From Plasmodiophora brassicae (taxonomy: Eukaryota): a stretch of DNA of 64,000 nucleotides. Location of the stretch: assembly GCA_036867785.1 (NCBI GenBank), contig CP145409.1:620001-684000 (forward strand), read 5' to 3'. The notes under the pieces were generated by a model that saw nothing but the letters and a program-made list of their open reading frames with translations, did no database searches and was not told where the DNA came from. Below, piece by piece: positions 48,465-60,753 of the stretch. Both the position numbers and the translations under genes were made by a program. Every line of letters begins with the position of its first letter. Position 1 is the stretch's first letter.

Positions 48465-49874
48465 ATGGGGAAGGCGCATTCCCGGTTCAGGGGCACCGGC
48501 GCCGTCACCAAGGCCGATCTGCAGGGCCTTCGCGATGGTGGCCGCGTGTACCTGGAACAGTTGCAGCAGCAGCTGTCGAAGACGACGATGGACAAGGACG
48601 TACTCGAGCATGAGCTAGCCAACGTTCGCCTGTGGCTTGACCGCGTTGATTCAGCCAATACCGAGCTCCTTGAGGCGCTGAAAGGTCAGGTGTAGACGAG
48701 GCGGTCGATTGGGAGTGGTGACCGACTCCACCTGTAGACATCCGAGCGAAACTGGCCGTTGCCCAGGAGGAGACCGAAGCGAAACGGCAACGAATTCGTG
48801 CATTGGAAGCGCAGTGTGAGGCGGACGCAGATCGGATCGAGGCCCTGCAGAAGGAGGTCAGAGCCGGATCCAGAGCGTCCCGGCCCGGGTCCATCAGCGT
48901 GGGCCAGGGCGGGTCCAAGGATTTCACATCCGAGATCGATGCGCTTCGCAAGGAATTGCAACAGGTCAAATCGGAACGCGACAGCGCCATGGCCAGTCCG
49001 CTTTCAGGCATGGCGATCACGCCGATATCGGAAACGGAATCGTCGGCGCAGCCATCGCCCAGGGAATCGGAGGAAGTCTCCAGGCTGAGGTTGGAGCTGA
49101 GGAAACGTGATCGTATGCTACGAAAGCAGAACCGGTACCCGGTCGCGTTGCCGTCTGCCTGACCGTATGTCTGACGCGAACGGCAGAACGCATTCCCAGC
49201 AGTTGAGGGATGTCTCGGAGGCGGAGATTGCTCGAGACTGGCAGGCGAACCAGGACGTGCTGGCGGCCGACCGGCCCGATAACGCGGCCGACCGGTCCGT
49301 TGAAGCGTTTGTGAAGGCGCACACGGCCGTCCTGACACGGGCGAGCAAGTTCCTCGAGAACCTGCAGCAGACCAGCGAGCAGCTCAGCAAGGGTGACGCT
49401 GTGTACCTACGTAGGGATGTCGGATGATGGCGATCTGACGAGCGTTGCGTGCAGAACTAGAGAGGGATCGTGAGCAATGGGACCTGGAGCAGCAGCAACG
49501 GCAATCCCAGTTGGACCAGATGCTCGATACCGATGATCCTGAGATCGAACAACAGAGCCAGGTGTGGTCGTAGACTACAATGCAATTGATGGCTCTCTGA
49601 CGCTGCTCTCCTGGAGGTTCTTGCCCCTAAGAAGGCGTTCGACGAGAAGCCCAAGGAGGCCATCAAGGCGACGTCCAGACCGGCGCCCCGTGACAAACAT
49701 GCCGATAGCCAGGGTTCTATCGAGATGGCTGTCCGCAGCAGGCACGTCGGCACGTATGGCCCGCTCTCGGAGGCGGACGATCGCCTGTTGAACGAAGCGA
49801 TCCGGGTGGAGTTCCAAAAGGAGCTGAAACCTGTGGAACCCGCTCCAGCGAAACGCCGGCTTCGACTAATATAG
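48465..49874 (+). CDS. Hypothetical coiled-coil protein with N-myristoylation motif; spliced
   Basis: MGKAHS (G2, S6); heptad-rich LEQLQQQL...LEHELANV and IDALRKELQQVKSERD; introns at ~48690-48737, ~49135-49186, ~49402-49455 and ~49562-49616. Confidence 0.7.
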
Positions 49875-50082
49875 GCTGCTCTGAGGCCTCGGCCTCGGTT
49901 GATACATACGGTGACGGCGCCTACTACACAGCACGGGCGTCGGCAACCTGGCTGGCCATCGGCTGCAGCAGTGTCACAAGCTTGCGATTTCTGGTCGTCA
50001 GTTGCTAAACCAGGCGCGGAATTGCGGACGGGAGTGGGGTCCGGCTGCGTTGTTGAGGGCAGGCTGCCAGACGGTGCTCCCA

Positions 50083-51225
50083 ATGCCGTCGGTCGGGGCG
50101 CACCAACGGGCATGTGCAGTTGCCGCACTTTTCGTCGCCCTGCGGCTTGCGTCCAGCAATCCAGGGGACCCGTACGGCTCTACGATTTGGGCTGCACCGG
50201 TGGACCTCTATGGCCGAGCGAACGACATTTGCATGGACGCATGCTCGGAATCGTTCCTGCTGTATCAGACTCTGGAGAGCTGGACGCGCAAGGACGTCCC
50301 GGATTTCGTGTTCAAACTCGCTGATGGAGAGTACTGTAGCACAGAAGGGGTCGCTGTCAAGGCGGGGGTGCATTACGGTGACGCAGCTAAGAAAGAGGTT
50401 GCAGCATCCCTCTTGGACCATGACGGGTTCGCTGGCGTTCCTGAGGCAATGCTTGCATACGTCCGAATACGGTTCCCGCTTCTGGGCTGTACTAAGGTTC
50501 GCTATGGTGCACTTCAACGTTATGTCGTCAATGCCGGGCCGTCTAGCGACCGTGCGCATCAGCTACCAGATACGATATTCCGTTTCAACATTGACAACGT
50601 CCATAGAATTGGTACATGGCGAAGTGGTGTCTGGTACGACGCGATCGCTGACCTTGGTACTGGAACAGGCCTACTCGACGCGAGGCTTGCCAATCTGGAT
50701 CGTACGACGGCGAATATTCTGCTATCCACAGATCGCCTCGCCCGCCTGATACCAATTGACCATGGGTTCAGCCTGCCGTCATGGCAGGCGTTGGACGACA
50801 TCCAGTTCTGCTGGGCGTCCTGGTCCCAGGCCCGCGTTCCGTTTTCGCGTTCCACGAAAGCGTACGTCGCGGGTCTCGACCCGATGAGCGACGTTGGCGT
50901 GTTGCAAGACCTCGATATTGACAACTCATCCATCCTGACGTACCTGCTGTGCTCCGTTGCCGTCAAGCATATCGTCTCGCAGCGCGGCTCCACGCTGGCT
51001 GCTATAGCCGCGTTCATGACGCGGCCATGCCGGACGTGCCAGTCGCAGATGGAAGTCGCCATCAATGCATCAGTCTGGACATCAGGGTTCATGCCTCGTG
51101 CCCTCAGAGACCCGCCCAGGATTAGGATTCCAAGTCTTCGAGTCGAGGCCCTGCTAAGCGAATTTCAACGATACCTTAACACGAATGTGAACGCTCCAGT
51201 GGCGCATACGTCTATTGCAGTGTAA
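50083..51225 (+). CDS. Type II PI4-kinase-like (PI4K-gamma-like) protein with predicted signal peptide
   Basis: FVFKLADGE; KEVAASLLDHDGFAGVP; GALQRYV; VHRIG|LLDARLANLDRTTANIL; LIPIDHGFSLP; FCWASWSQARVPFS. A 57-nt in-frame intron lies at 50612-50668. Confidence 0.88.
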   Translation: MPSVGAHQRACAVAALFVALRLASSNPGDPYGSTIWAAPVDLYGRANDICMDACSESFLLYQTLESWTRKDVPDFVFKLADGEYCSTEGVAVKAGVHYGDAAKKEVAASLLDHDGFAGVPEAMLAYVRIRFPLLGCTKVRYGALQRYVVNAGPSSDRAHQLPDTIFRFNIDNVHRIGTWRSGVWYDAIADLGTGTGLLDARLANLDRTTANILLSTDRLARLIPIDHGFSLPSWQALDDIQFCWASWSQARVPFSRSTKAYVAGLDPMSDVGVLQDLDIDNSSILTYLLCSVAVKHIVSQRGSTLAAIAAFMTRPCRTCQSQMEVAINASVWTSGFMPRALRDPPRIRIPSLRVEALLSEFQRYLNTNVNAPVAHTSIAV

Positions 51226-51230
51226 ATACA

Positions 51231-54200
51231 TCATCGTGAGTCATCAAGATGATCATAGAGCCGATCCAGAATGGAACGAAGCTCTGGGAGAGAAGCGGCG
51301 CGTGCCTCGAGCAGGTCCCGGACACTGGGTGACCAGGTCGATCGCGAGTCCCGAACCATGGAGTCAAAGTGCTCCCAGAACGACGGCACGCGATGGAGCG
51401 CATCGTGTTCCCCGAAGACGGCGGTAATGGCACTTGAGCGAACTTTGTCGTTGGGACAGACTCGGATCACGTGGACGAGCAGATCAACGATGGACTTGAC
51501 GTCGTCGTCACACAGTTCGTTGTGAACCCGAAGGCACCGACCAAGGCAGCGGCACAAGTTCCATTTAACTTTGGCATGCCTCTCGTCGGCACTCGCGAGC
51601 GAAATGAGCTGGCGAACAAGGGGAACCCAAACGGATGAAGGCGCTAATGCTATACAGGACAACTCTTAGACGAATGGGGACAAGCACGGTGGAACGTCGC
51701 TTACAGCGTCCCAGGTCCTGATGATAAACGATTTGAGCTAGAATTCGGGAAGCGCAAATTGCCAGCGGCGCCGTCCGATGCGTATCAAGGCCGCACCAGA
51801 CCACTGCAGCGATGTTGACTTGATAGGTTTCCACAGCTTTGAGAACTGCCACGGCCCACATTAAGGAAGATGACTGTAATTGATACCGTATCGAACTTAC
51901 GCTCGTTGCATGGTTCCGCCTGGTCGAGAATGTTGGCCAAGGCGTTGCACGCACGGGCTCTCGTTGACATACTGGTACCAGACGCCGTGCATGTGTAGGC
52001 GACGGCTCGAATGGCGCTATCCAGTAATGGAGACGTTGGCTAATGCAAAATACATATTAGCAAGGGTTTGGGTCACACAACAGTGGGCGCTAACTTCATA
52101 AGCACTGATAACCCCCAAAACGAGACAACGTGACGAATCCAGTTGTTCATCGGATGCAACACTGTCTTCCAGGAACGATAAGATAGACTGTCGCTGTTCA
52201 TACGAGAGGCCGTGTCGCCACACTTCCAGCGGTATATGGCTTAAAGTCGTAAGGCAACACGAACGCAAACGAGTCGATGGGACCTGAGAGACCTGTGAGA
52301 ACGCCGCACGGTCACGCTAACGGGAACCTTACGTTCCAACACCCAATCAGGTCTCTCGCAAGAAGTTCTGCTGATCCATGAAATGACGACAGCTGTGGAC
52401 ATGTGTCTAGACAAACGAGATCAGCAAATGTCTTGCATCCGAAATAGGCAGCTTTACCAAGCCAATTGCCTAAAAAGGTCAAGGCACTGATGCGAACATG
52501 GTCGACTCCATGAGATAGGGATTTGGCCAGCAGGGAGTGAACGCGAAGCCATCTTGCATCAAAACCAGCTGCACGATGATGCTTAGCGATGTGACCAAGA
52601 ACGGTGAACGCATTGGGAGGGGCACGACACTGCGCTTCCTGATCTTCGATCAGCAGGTCGGTCAAGGTCCCTAACGTTATTGTTTCAGAACCATCAAGCG
52701 CGAACTTTCGCAGGATACGACCGACCAATTACGCCATGGGCGTGCTGACACGGGACAGAAAGAACGGCAGCTGTGCAGGAATACAAATCATGACGCATGG
52801 CAACATGGAATCGGCTCTGCGATGCGAGCAAAGAAGACAGTTGCGAAACAGCATCAGTTAAATAAACGGCAAACGTCGGCAGTTGCTGGTAGGGAGTAGC
52901 GCTTGCCAATGCACTAAGGGCGTGAAGAACGTAGACTAGAGCTGGATCTTCACGGGTGCGACGAAGGAAATCACGAATGGTCATATGAATGCATTGAAGG
53001 ACGTCTCTGGCTCTATCCGAGCTAGGTTTGAAAGCGCCAGATGGATGACCTGCCGGATCATTCGTTTGCTGTCAAGTATCTCCACAGCGCGCCGAAACGT
53101 ACCTGACGTCGCAGTGCTGAGAATAACAGGGACTGGCGAGTGTTCAATCATTGCTGCAAGTGCCTGAGCAGCGACAGATCTGCCATATGGTCAGCGTTGA
53201 ACGGGCAGACAGTTCACACGAAAATGCCACACCTGACTCGAGATGACGGATCATACAGCAGGGCTGTTACGACCGTTGGCCCACCAAAAGGTCGCCGCAA
53301 ATGGATTGACGACGGAACCGACGGAACCATTATGGCCCACTGTGGGGAGAACAGCGATGGCATCGTTTGCGCAATGGCATGTAGACACTGCAGCGACAGC
53401 AAGCGAACTTGAAGGTATCGACGGTGCGGTACACATTCGCTATCTGTTTGTCGAGGCATAAATCAATTCGTGGCATCGTCCAATAGCCGATACGCCGTAC
53501 CTGATACGTCTGATTCTGAGACAGCCTTTACACTAGGCGGCATCTGAGATGCATCAAGCCCCGCAACCATAAACCGACGCAGGACCATTAACACCGAGGT
53601 TGCAAAAGCGGATGCCTGGGAAGATGATCAGTATATTCAGCATGGCTAATGTCGTCACCCGAAGCGTACCGATTGTTTAGCAACTCGGAGTAGAGATAGC
53701 AGGCACCCGAGGCCACTTTCAACACTCGGGTCCTCAAAATCTTTGATATCAACAAGGATGGCGAGAACGAGCTTCATCTCGTTATCGACAGGACCTGTCT
53801 GAGCCTTAGCACATAGTTTACCTGGCAAACTAACTACATGAGTGCCATGTTGATCTACATGCAGCAGATTGGCGCAGACCAATGCAGGCAAGAGCGGGCG
53901 GACGCTCCTGGGCCGAGCCAGTACGGGCCAGCTGGACTAACGCCAGTCGCAAGTCGGCGCAAACGAATTTAAGAGGATAGTTCGTGGCAATGCTCTCCAG
54001 CGCTCGTAGCACGCCAACCCGGTGATGCACAGTGTTACAGTATGACAGACACGCTTGCACCAGGGAGGACACGTTACTTGATTCTGCAAGGTTGCACTCA
54101 GGTGACGTGATAGTCCGACGTTGCCACTGTTGTCCGCTAACCGATAATGGTAAGAGGCTTGTTGTTTGCGGCAATCGTAGCCAATAACGAAGCAATAATT

Positions 54201-54379
54201 TCAATATCAGCGCCAGGGCCCATACGGGCAGCCAACGGCTGGATGAGCGCATGCAGCCTACTCAGAGGCGCCTTGCCAATTTGCGGTCCCAGTTCAGCCA
54301 GCGCTCCTCCAATGTCACCATCCGTGACCAGGAGCTGTTCAACGTGTTCTAGATTATCCTGTCGACGCGGTCGACGCAT
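51231..54379 (-). CDS. HEATR6: HEAT repeat-containing protein 6-like (DUF4042); many introns
   Basis: VRLLSLQCLHAIA...LFSPQW...PTVVTALLYDPSSRVR; VRARACNALANI; AKVKWNLCRCLG; PNDKVRSSAI. Confidence 0.75.
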
Positions 54380-54832
54380 AATTACAACCTCGTGGACTCA
54401 GGTCTGAAAGCCGACGTGTGAGATTTGCAGTGTGGATCGGGATCGTCCGGCGAAGGTACCGTGAGGGCTCCGGTCAGCATTATAGGAGGGGTCTTCCGTA
54501 TGACCGCCTGCGCAGGCGTCGTCACCCACGGTGTGTGACGAAGCTGCCCGAACCTCGGAATTGATTGGCGTCGGTAGCCAGTCGTAACGTTTGAGCCCCT
54601 GGGCGTGACACGCGAGAGAGGCCGGGTCTGGACTTCAACGGCTGTCGGCCGCCGCAGCAAAACACGACCGTCGCCGCAGCTGGGATTGCTATTTGGGCAC
54701 CGACGGAGGCGCTATTTTTTTCGGGGCGATAATTGTCAGAGTGGCCCCGGCACTGAACGCCGGCGTTACGGGAGCGGGCGCGAACGAGGAACTGATCGTG
54801 GAGGTGGCAGGCGCCGACCACATCGCCCGGCC

Positions 54833-56621
54833 ATGGCTATGAAGGGCGTACTGCAGACATTCAAGCGACGATTCTCGAAAGAATCGTCGCTGGGCGTTGG
54901 TAGCGGCAGTGGGTCGCTCCAGCGTGGCGCATCGGGAGGTGCACATTCCGGCGATGGTATGATGGAGAATCGCGCCTGGTATCGGTATCAGGATTCTGAT
55001 GTTATTTAGGTGCTCTCAACAAAAAGGATTTACTGCAGCCGTTACCTTCGTTCCGTGAGTGTCCTGCCTCGGAGAGGCAGGCTCTGATGATCAAGAAGCT
55101 CAAACTCTGTTCAATTGTTTTCGACTTTTCACCGGCCTCGGACCCTGGCAAGGACAATCTTGGGAAGGAGATGAAACGTCAGGTTCTCCTGGAACTTGTC
55201 GACCATATCAGTCAGCTTTCCGTGTTGGCTGCCGCCATGAAAAGCTAGTTCCTGACAATGGGTTCCGCAGGCACAACAAAAGCCTGGTTCTCTGAGGCTG
55301 TCCTTCAAGAGATCATCAATATGATTCAGGCGAATTTATTCAGAGCTCTTCCGCCGTCACCCACTGATGCTGTTTGGGACCCTGAGGAAGACGACCCCGT
55401 TCTGGATCCAGCGTGGGCTCATCTGCAGATTGTATATGAATTCCTCCTCAGGTCTACCAAACATTGCCGTTCAAGTGTCACTGAGCTCATTCTTCAAATT
55501 CAGATTCGTTGTCTCGTCCGACACCGATACGAAATTGGTCAAAAAGTACATCAACGGCCCATTTGTTCTTCGTATCCTGGACTTGTTTATGTCCGAAGAC
55601 CCCCGCGAAAGAGATTATCTCAAGACAATCTTGCATCGGTCCGACTACGCTTCCTGTCTCCTTATGTCAGCTGACACGCCCATGCAGGATATATGGCAAA
55701 TTTATGTCCCTGAGGTCCTTTATCCGGAAGGCGATCAACAACGTGTTCTTTACGTTCATTTATGACAGCGAAAGGCACAACGGCGTCGGTGAACTTCTTG
55801 AAATTCTTGGCTCGATCATCAATGGGTTCGCTTTACCCCTCAAAGAGGAGCATAAGAGGTTTCTTAAGAACGTCCTTATCCCACTTCATAAGGTTGGGCG
55901 ACAAGACTGAGAACTGAACAGCTTTTAACGGGTGGTATCCAGGTGCGGATGCTTGCTCTGTTTCACCAGCAGCTGGCCTACTGTGTAACGCAATTCATCG
56001 ACAAGGATCCTCTCCTGGCACCTACTCTCATTCTAGGAATTCTGCAATATTGGCCGATAACCAATAGCTCCAAAGAAGTGCTCTTCCTCAACGAACTTGA
56101 AGAAATTCTGGAGCTGACGCAGCCGGATCAATTCCAGCTGGTCATTGACCCACTGTTTAGACAAATTGCCAAGTCGATTGCGAGCCCACATTTCCAGGTT
56201 TGTGATAGATGTTGCTGTTTCTGACTGGGGACACTCAATCCGACTGCAGGTTGCTGAGCGTGCGCTTTTCATGTGGAACAACGAATATATATCCTCGCTG
56301 ACGACCGATTTCCGCAAGCGAATCCTACCCATTCTGTACCCGGCATTGCATGCGAACAGCAAGAAGCACTGGAACTCAACGGTTCATTCTCTTACGTTCA
56401 ACGTCATCCGCATGTTTATGGAGATGGACTCAGACCTGTTTGACTCGCGATCGAAGAAGGTAACTTACGACCGATGAATTCGTTTCCAGCAGGTCTGACG
56501 GTGCCGCGACCAGTACACAGAGGAAACATCAAGCAACGCGGAGCTATCCAAGAAGCGGGAAGAAATGTGGGACCAGCTTGAAAAGCAAGCTCAACAGAAG
56601 AAGCTGGCCGGTGTGGCCTAG
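54833..56621 (+). CDS. Protein phosphatase 2A regulatory subunit B' (B56); spliced
   Basis: [105 protein letters not shown]. Confidence 0.97.
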
Positions 56622-57054
56622 AGTCTGCCCCTGCCAGCCCATCAATTAACATCTATAGATTATACCTTCAGACTACAGACTCGTTAATATCACTGCCATT
56701 TATTATCAGAGCGCGATGATGTCGTGGAACGTGAATGCGCCCCCCACCCTACACCGGATACTTCATAGATCACGCGTATCTGGTTTGTGGTTTCGGTCAC
56801 CGTTGACCGGTGACAACCATGCTCGTATGCTTGGACGGGGGCTGGCGTATCGTTCGTGAATGGTCGCGACTGGGCGCCCTGGCGATCGTATCTATGCGGA
56901 GTATTTTCTCGCATTGCGGTGCTCGTTTTGGGCAACACTGGCTGCGGGCGTGGGCGGGATCGCGTTCCAGAATCCGGATCGCCGCGCGCTATGCTTGATA
57001 CGTGACTGGATCCAAGCGGAATCGGAGGCGGTCAGTCGGCGTCGGATCTGGACC

Positions 57055-59164
57055 ATGGGCATCCTGCATTCTAGGCGAGAGTCGTCGTCCGGATATGGGT
57101 TTAACTGCTGGTCCTGTGCCGACGGGCTGACGTCCATTGACACGGTCGATCAAATGCCGGTCTGCAAACGATGTGGCGCATTAGTGACAAAGTTCGGTCG
57201 ACATTTGGCGGCTGAGATTCGGATACTGACGTGTGCCGCCTTGTAGTTCGCCGGGCGACGACGAGCGCCAACTTCGCATCTCGATTAAGCGCATTTTCCT
57301 GGCGCCCATCGAGGAATCTCTGCCCGAATCTGAACGGGGCGAGCACAACCGGGGATTGCTGCTCGATAAGTACATCAAGCCCTTCATGAGCCAGCACCCT
57401 GATCTCGTCATTCGTCGAGGTTTGGCTGCTATGGTGAATGGCTCGATGAAAAGCTGACCAGGGTTTCGCAGGTGACCGACTGCAGATTGACACCGTTGAT
57501 TGGCATGTCATTGTGTGTAGCCCGCCGTCGGGCGTTATTGATCGACAGTCCGTTGTGACTGTTGAATCGTCGATTCCGGCTCTGCAAGAGCTTGCAACAC
57601 TTACTGTCGCGTCTTGTAAAGCGACTATGCGGCAAGACGTAAGAACTGTATTGGCGATTCGTATACCGAAGTCCTGATGTCCTGGTGTGTTTTAGCGCGC
57701 CCAAAGTACGCTCCTGGACAACCTTCTAATGCCGTACTTTACTGCTGATGAGCGTCTCGTGAGCCACGACGACACCTTTATCGTGTCAAGTATTCAGTTC
57801 AAAGTCGTACATGTTAGTGGCATCCCGTGTGTGTTTCTTTGGGACGCATCTGAATTGGTCGCAGTGTAATCCTCAAGTTGGCCGAGTGACATCGAATACG
57901 CGACTGGTGTGCGAATCAGAGCCACTTCCTGATCTAGTTCGCATTCACATTCTTCCGATCTATGAATCGTACATTGGTTGCACGACTCGATTATTACCAG
58001 TAGGCTAATTGGGAGTCATCAGGTTACCCAATCGGGAAAAGTCAATTTCTGAACAAGACGTATGGGCGAAGTATCTAGGGTAGGCCTAACCCACCACAGG
58101 TGCATCGTTCTTGTGTCTCCCTGATGCCCTGGTCACGGTAGGCCCTATTTTCAAGGATATTTCCGATCACTCTCGCAGGGTCAGGAAGTCTCTATAGCGG
58201 GAGTGGATTTCAAGGTATGCACTGGGAACCTCCAGTGCAGGGCGGCGCTGACATTGTATCCAGGTGGTTGCAGCAGAACCCCCTAATGGAATCGTTACCA
58301 ATCAGACGACCATATTTGCTCATGGAAATCCTCTTCACGATGGTAGTCGAAAAGTCCTCAGCCATACGGTCATCTGACACCATGGTCAGATGACATCCGA
58401 AGCCAGCAGCTGGCGGAGGACGAAGAGCTGGCGCGACGCCTGCAAATGGAAGAGTCCAGGGGTGGCTGGGGACAGCGCCGTCAATTTCCCATCGTCGTTC
58501 GCAATGATCGGGACTTTTATGCCAATCTACAGTTGCGCGTTAATGTTAGTTCATTGTACCGTCGCCCTACTGTCTGCTTAACGGATTGTAGGATCTCCTG
58601 GCCCAGATGCCAGCAGATAGCGAAGCACGGCCCATGATGACGTTCCTGCAGGAGAACCTTGCACGCCAGCAGCACCGTATGCAGGATGGAGGCGGTCAAC
58701 CGATTCCCAGGGATATGTTCTTCGAGGTACGTTTGGCCATTTTCTTTCGCATTGTGTTGGCTCACTGGTTGCTCCAGAGCATATTTGCAAATAACTTTTC
58801 GATGGAGAACGCGGCAACGGGTGCAGACCCTGCTCGGATATCGCAGCTGCCCACGAGGAGGTTCTCAGCGCCAACGGCATCGAACTCAGTTGATCCTGAG
58901 CAGCTGACGTCAGTGCGGCGATCGTTTCGCATGCCGTCGCCCGATTAACCTTTCCGCCTACAGATGCCGAATCTGCCTCTCTGAATACGAACAGGATGAT
59001 CTCTTGCGTCAGTTGGCTCGACCTGTTTCCCCTCGCTTCGCATTCATTGAACGTATCTCTGTCCAGGCACGCTGCCCTGTTTCCACGTGTTTCATGTCGA
59101 CTGTATCGACCGCTGGTTGGCCTCGAACGACTCCTGCCCGATCTGTAAAAACCGTGTCGCATAG
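57055..59164 (+). CDS. RING-H2 E3 ligase with N-terminal zinc ribbon, three tandem Cdc48/p97 N-domain second-subdomain (CDC48_2-like) repeats and MIU-like ubiquitin-binding helix; spliced
   Basis: CWSC...[16 protein letters not shown]...[20 protein letters not shown]...[22 protein letters not shown]...KYLGPYF...[65 protein letters not shown]. Confidence 0.88.
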
Positions 59165-59299
59165 CCACCGGCTCGTCGAACCATGCAGTAAACGTTTAAC
59201 CTATTATCGTTGCGTATGGCCGGTCTGGACGTAGTTACCCGTCGTACTGTGTATACCCGACACGTCTGTCTGGCCGCTGCGCACGGCCCATTCCGCGAA

Positions 59300-60625
59300 A
59301 TGAGCCGTGCGTCTCGGCTGGCCTACGACACCGATGACGATGACGTCGACGACGATATCGACGGCGGGAAGGGCGTAGCCAGGCGTCGTTTCGACGACGA
59401 TGAAGAGGACGGCCAGGATGTCATCGCCAGCGAGTCGGATGAGGAGATCGACCGAGCCGCCCGTCAAAAGAAACGGGTTCGGTTCGCCGGGTACTCGGCC
59501 AGTCTGCTGCCCTTGCGCGTTCCTGTGCGGCTCACTTCTGCTGTCCCTGCAGAGGCGAAGGGAACTCGGTCGTTGAAGGGGAAGAGGATTCGACACCGGC
59601 ACCAGACGGGTTCGAACCGTTTCACATGAAAGAGTAAGGGGCGGTCTTAGTGAGCCGGCATCGTGCATATGACGTCAATGATGGCTTCGTCAGGGAACGG
59701 GCAAGAGGATGGTTCGACTCGAATGGCAATTTCACACTAGAGGAAGAAGACACCCGGGAAGCCTGGCTGAAGGAGTACGAGGATAACAATCGCTCGGAAG
59801 TGGCTATCAGACAGAGCGATCAACAGGTTAGGGCTTTGCTCTCCTCTGATACCACCGTGACGATTGGTACAGTTTGCCCTGAGTCGACGCGGCGTTAAAC
59901 GTCGTCATTCACAAACGGTATCGTCTAATTGCCATTCTGGTGCGCTCGTTATGTAACGCTAGCCCAGCGCAAGGATTCGAACGGACACAGCAATGGGGCT
60001 GATGACGAGCCAATTGATGTGAATGCCGAGCGTCAAGTTCTTCTGCAGTACCTGCAAACAGGGGAGAACGTGTTAAGCGCGCTGAAGCGACTGGGGAAGG
60101 TTCGCCCATGGGCACACGCCGTTGTTGAATTCGGTTTGACTGTTGTACACTGCCAGGAGGAAGACAAGACAGCGTTCTCCGCCGTCACGGAAGCCGCTGA
60201 CCGGCTTCTACAAGCTGGCCATTTCGACGTCTATCAGGATACGCTGGAAACGATCCAGCGTGCTCTCGGCGCTGTACACCTGCTCCATCCCGTTACTTGC
60301 GACCGCACCTGTCTGACACGCTTTATCCATAGACAACGTCGTCATCGTCGTCATCGTCGGCGGCGGCGAAAACGTGTTGGGAGTTTAAATGGCGCACAAG
60401 CAATGATGAGCCAGTGCATGGGCCTTATACCGCTGTACGCGATGTCGCCTTTCTTGTGTTTGCCAGTCTAATCTGATACTACCGTGGTTTGATTAGGCGG
60501 AAATGGACGAGTGGAGGCATCAAGGATACTTTGTCGGCGACTATCGCGCTGTAGTCAGAGTGGTTGGCGCCGCCGACCCTGAATGGACGCCCTCTGAAGA
60601 GATCCCGTCATTTACGAATTATTAA
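59300..60625 (+). CDS. CD2BP2: CD2BP2/Lin1/U5-52K with C-terminal GYF domain; spliced
   Basis: FEPFHMKE; GWFDSNGNF; EAWL; LQTGENVLSALKRLGK; AVTEAADRLLQAG; WEFKW...VHGPYT..EMDEWRHQGYF. Confidence 0.9.
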
Positions 60626-60753
60626 CAAACCATTGTCGTGTTGCAGCCTGAAACGTGTTGTGCACGACTTACGACGGCTTGCTGCTTCGATACCTGCCTT
60701 TGAATGCGCCATCGGGGCTGAGAGCTCACAAGCACACAAAGACCTACTTAGGT

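Noticed and set aside
59330-59460. GAC/GTC trinucleotide runs here and at ~820-850, 34445-34485 and 60335-60365
   Set aside because: They encode poly-Asp/Ser/Val low-complexity protein tracts and are not independent repeat elements.
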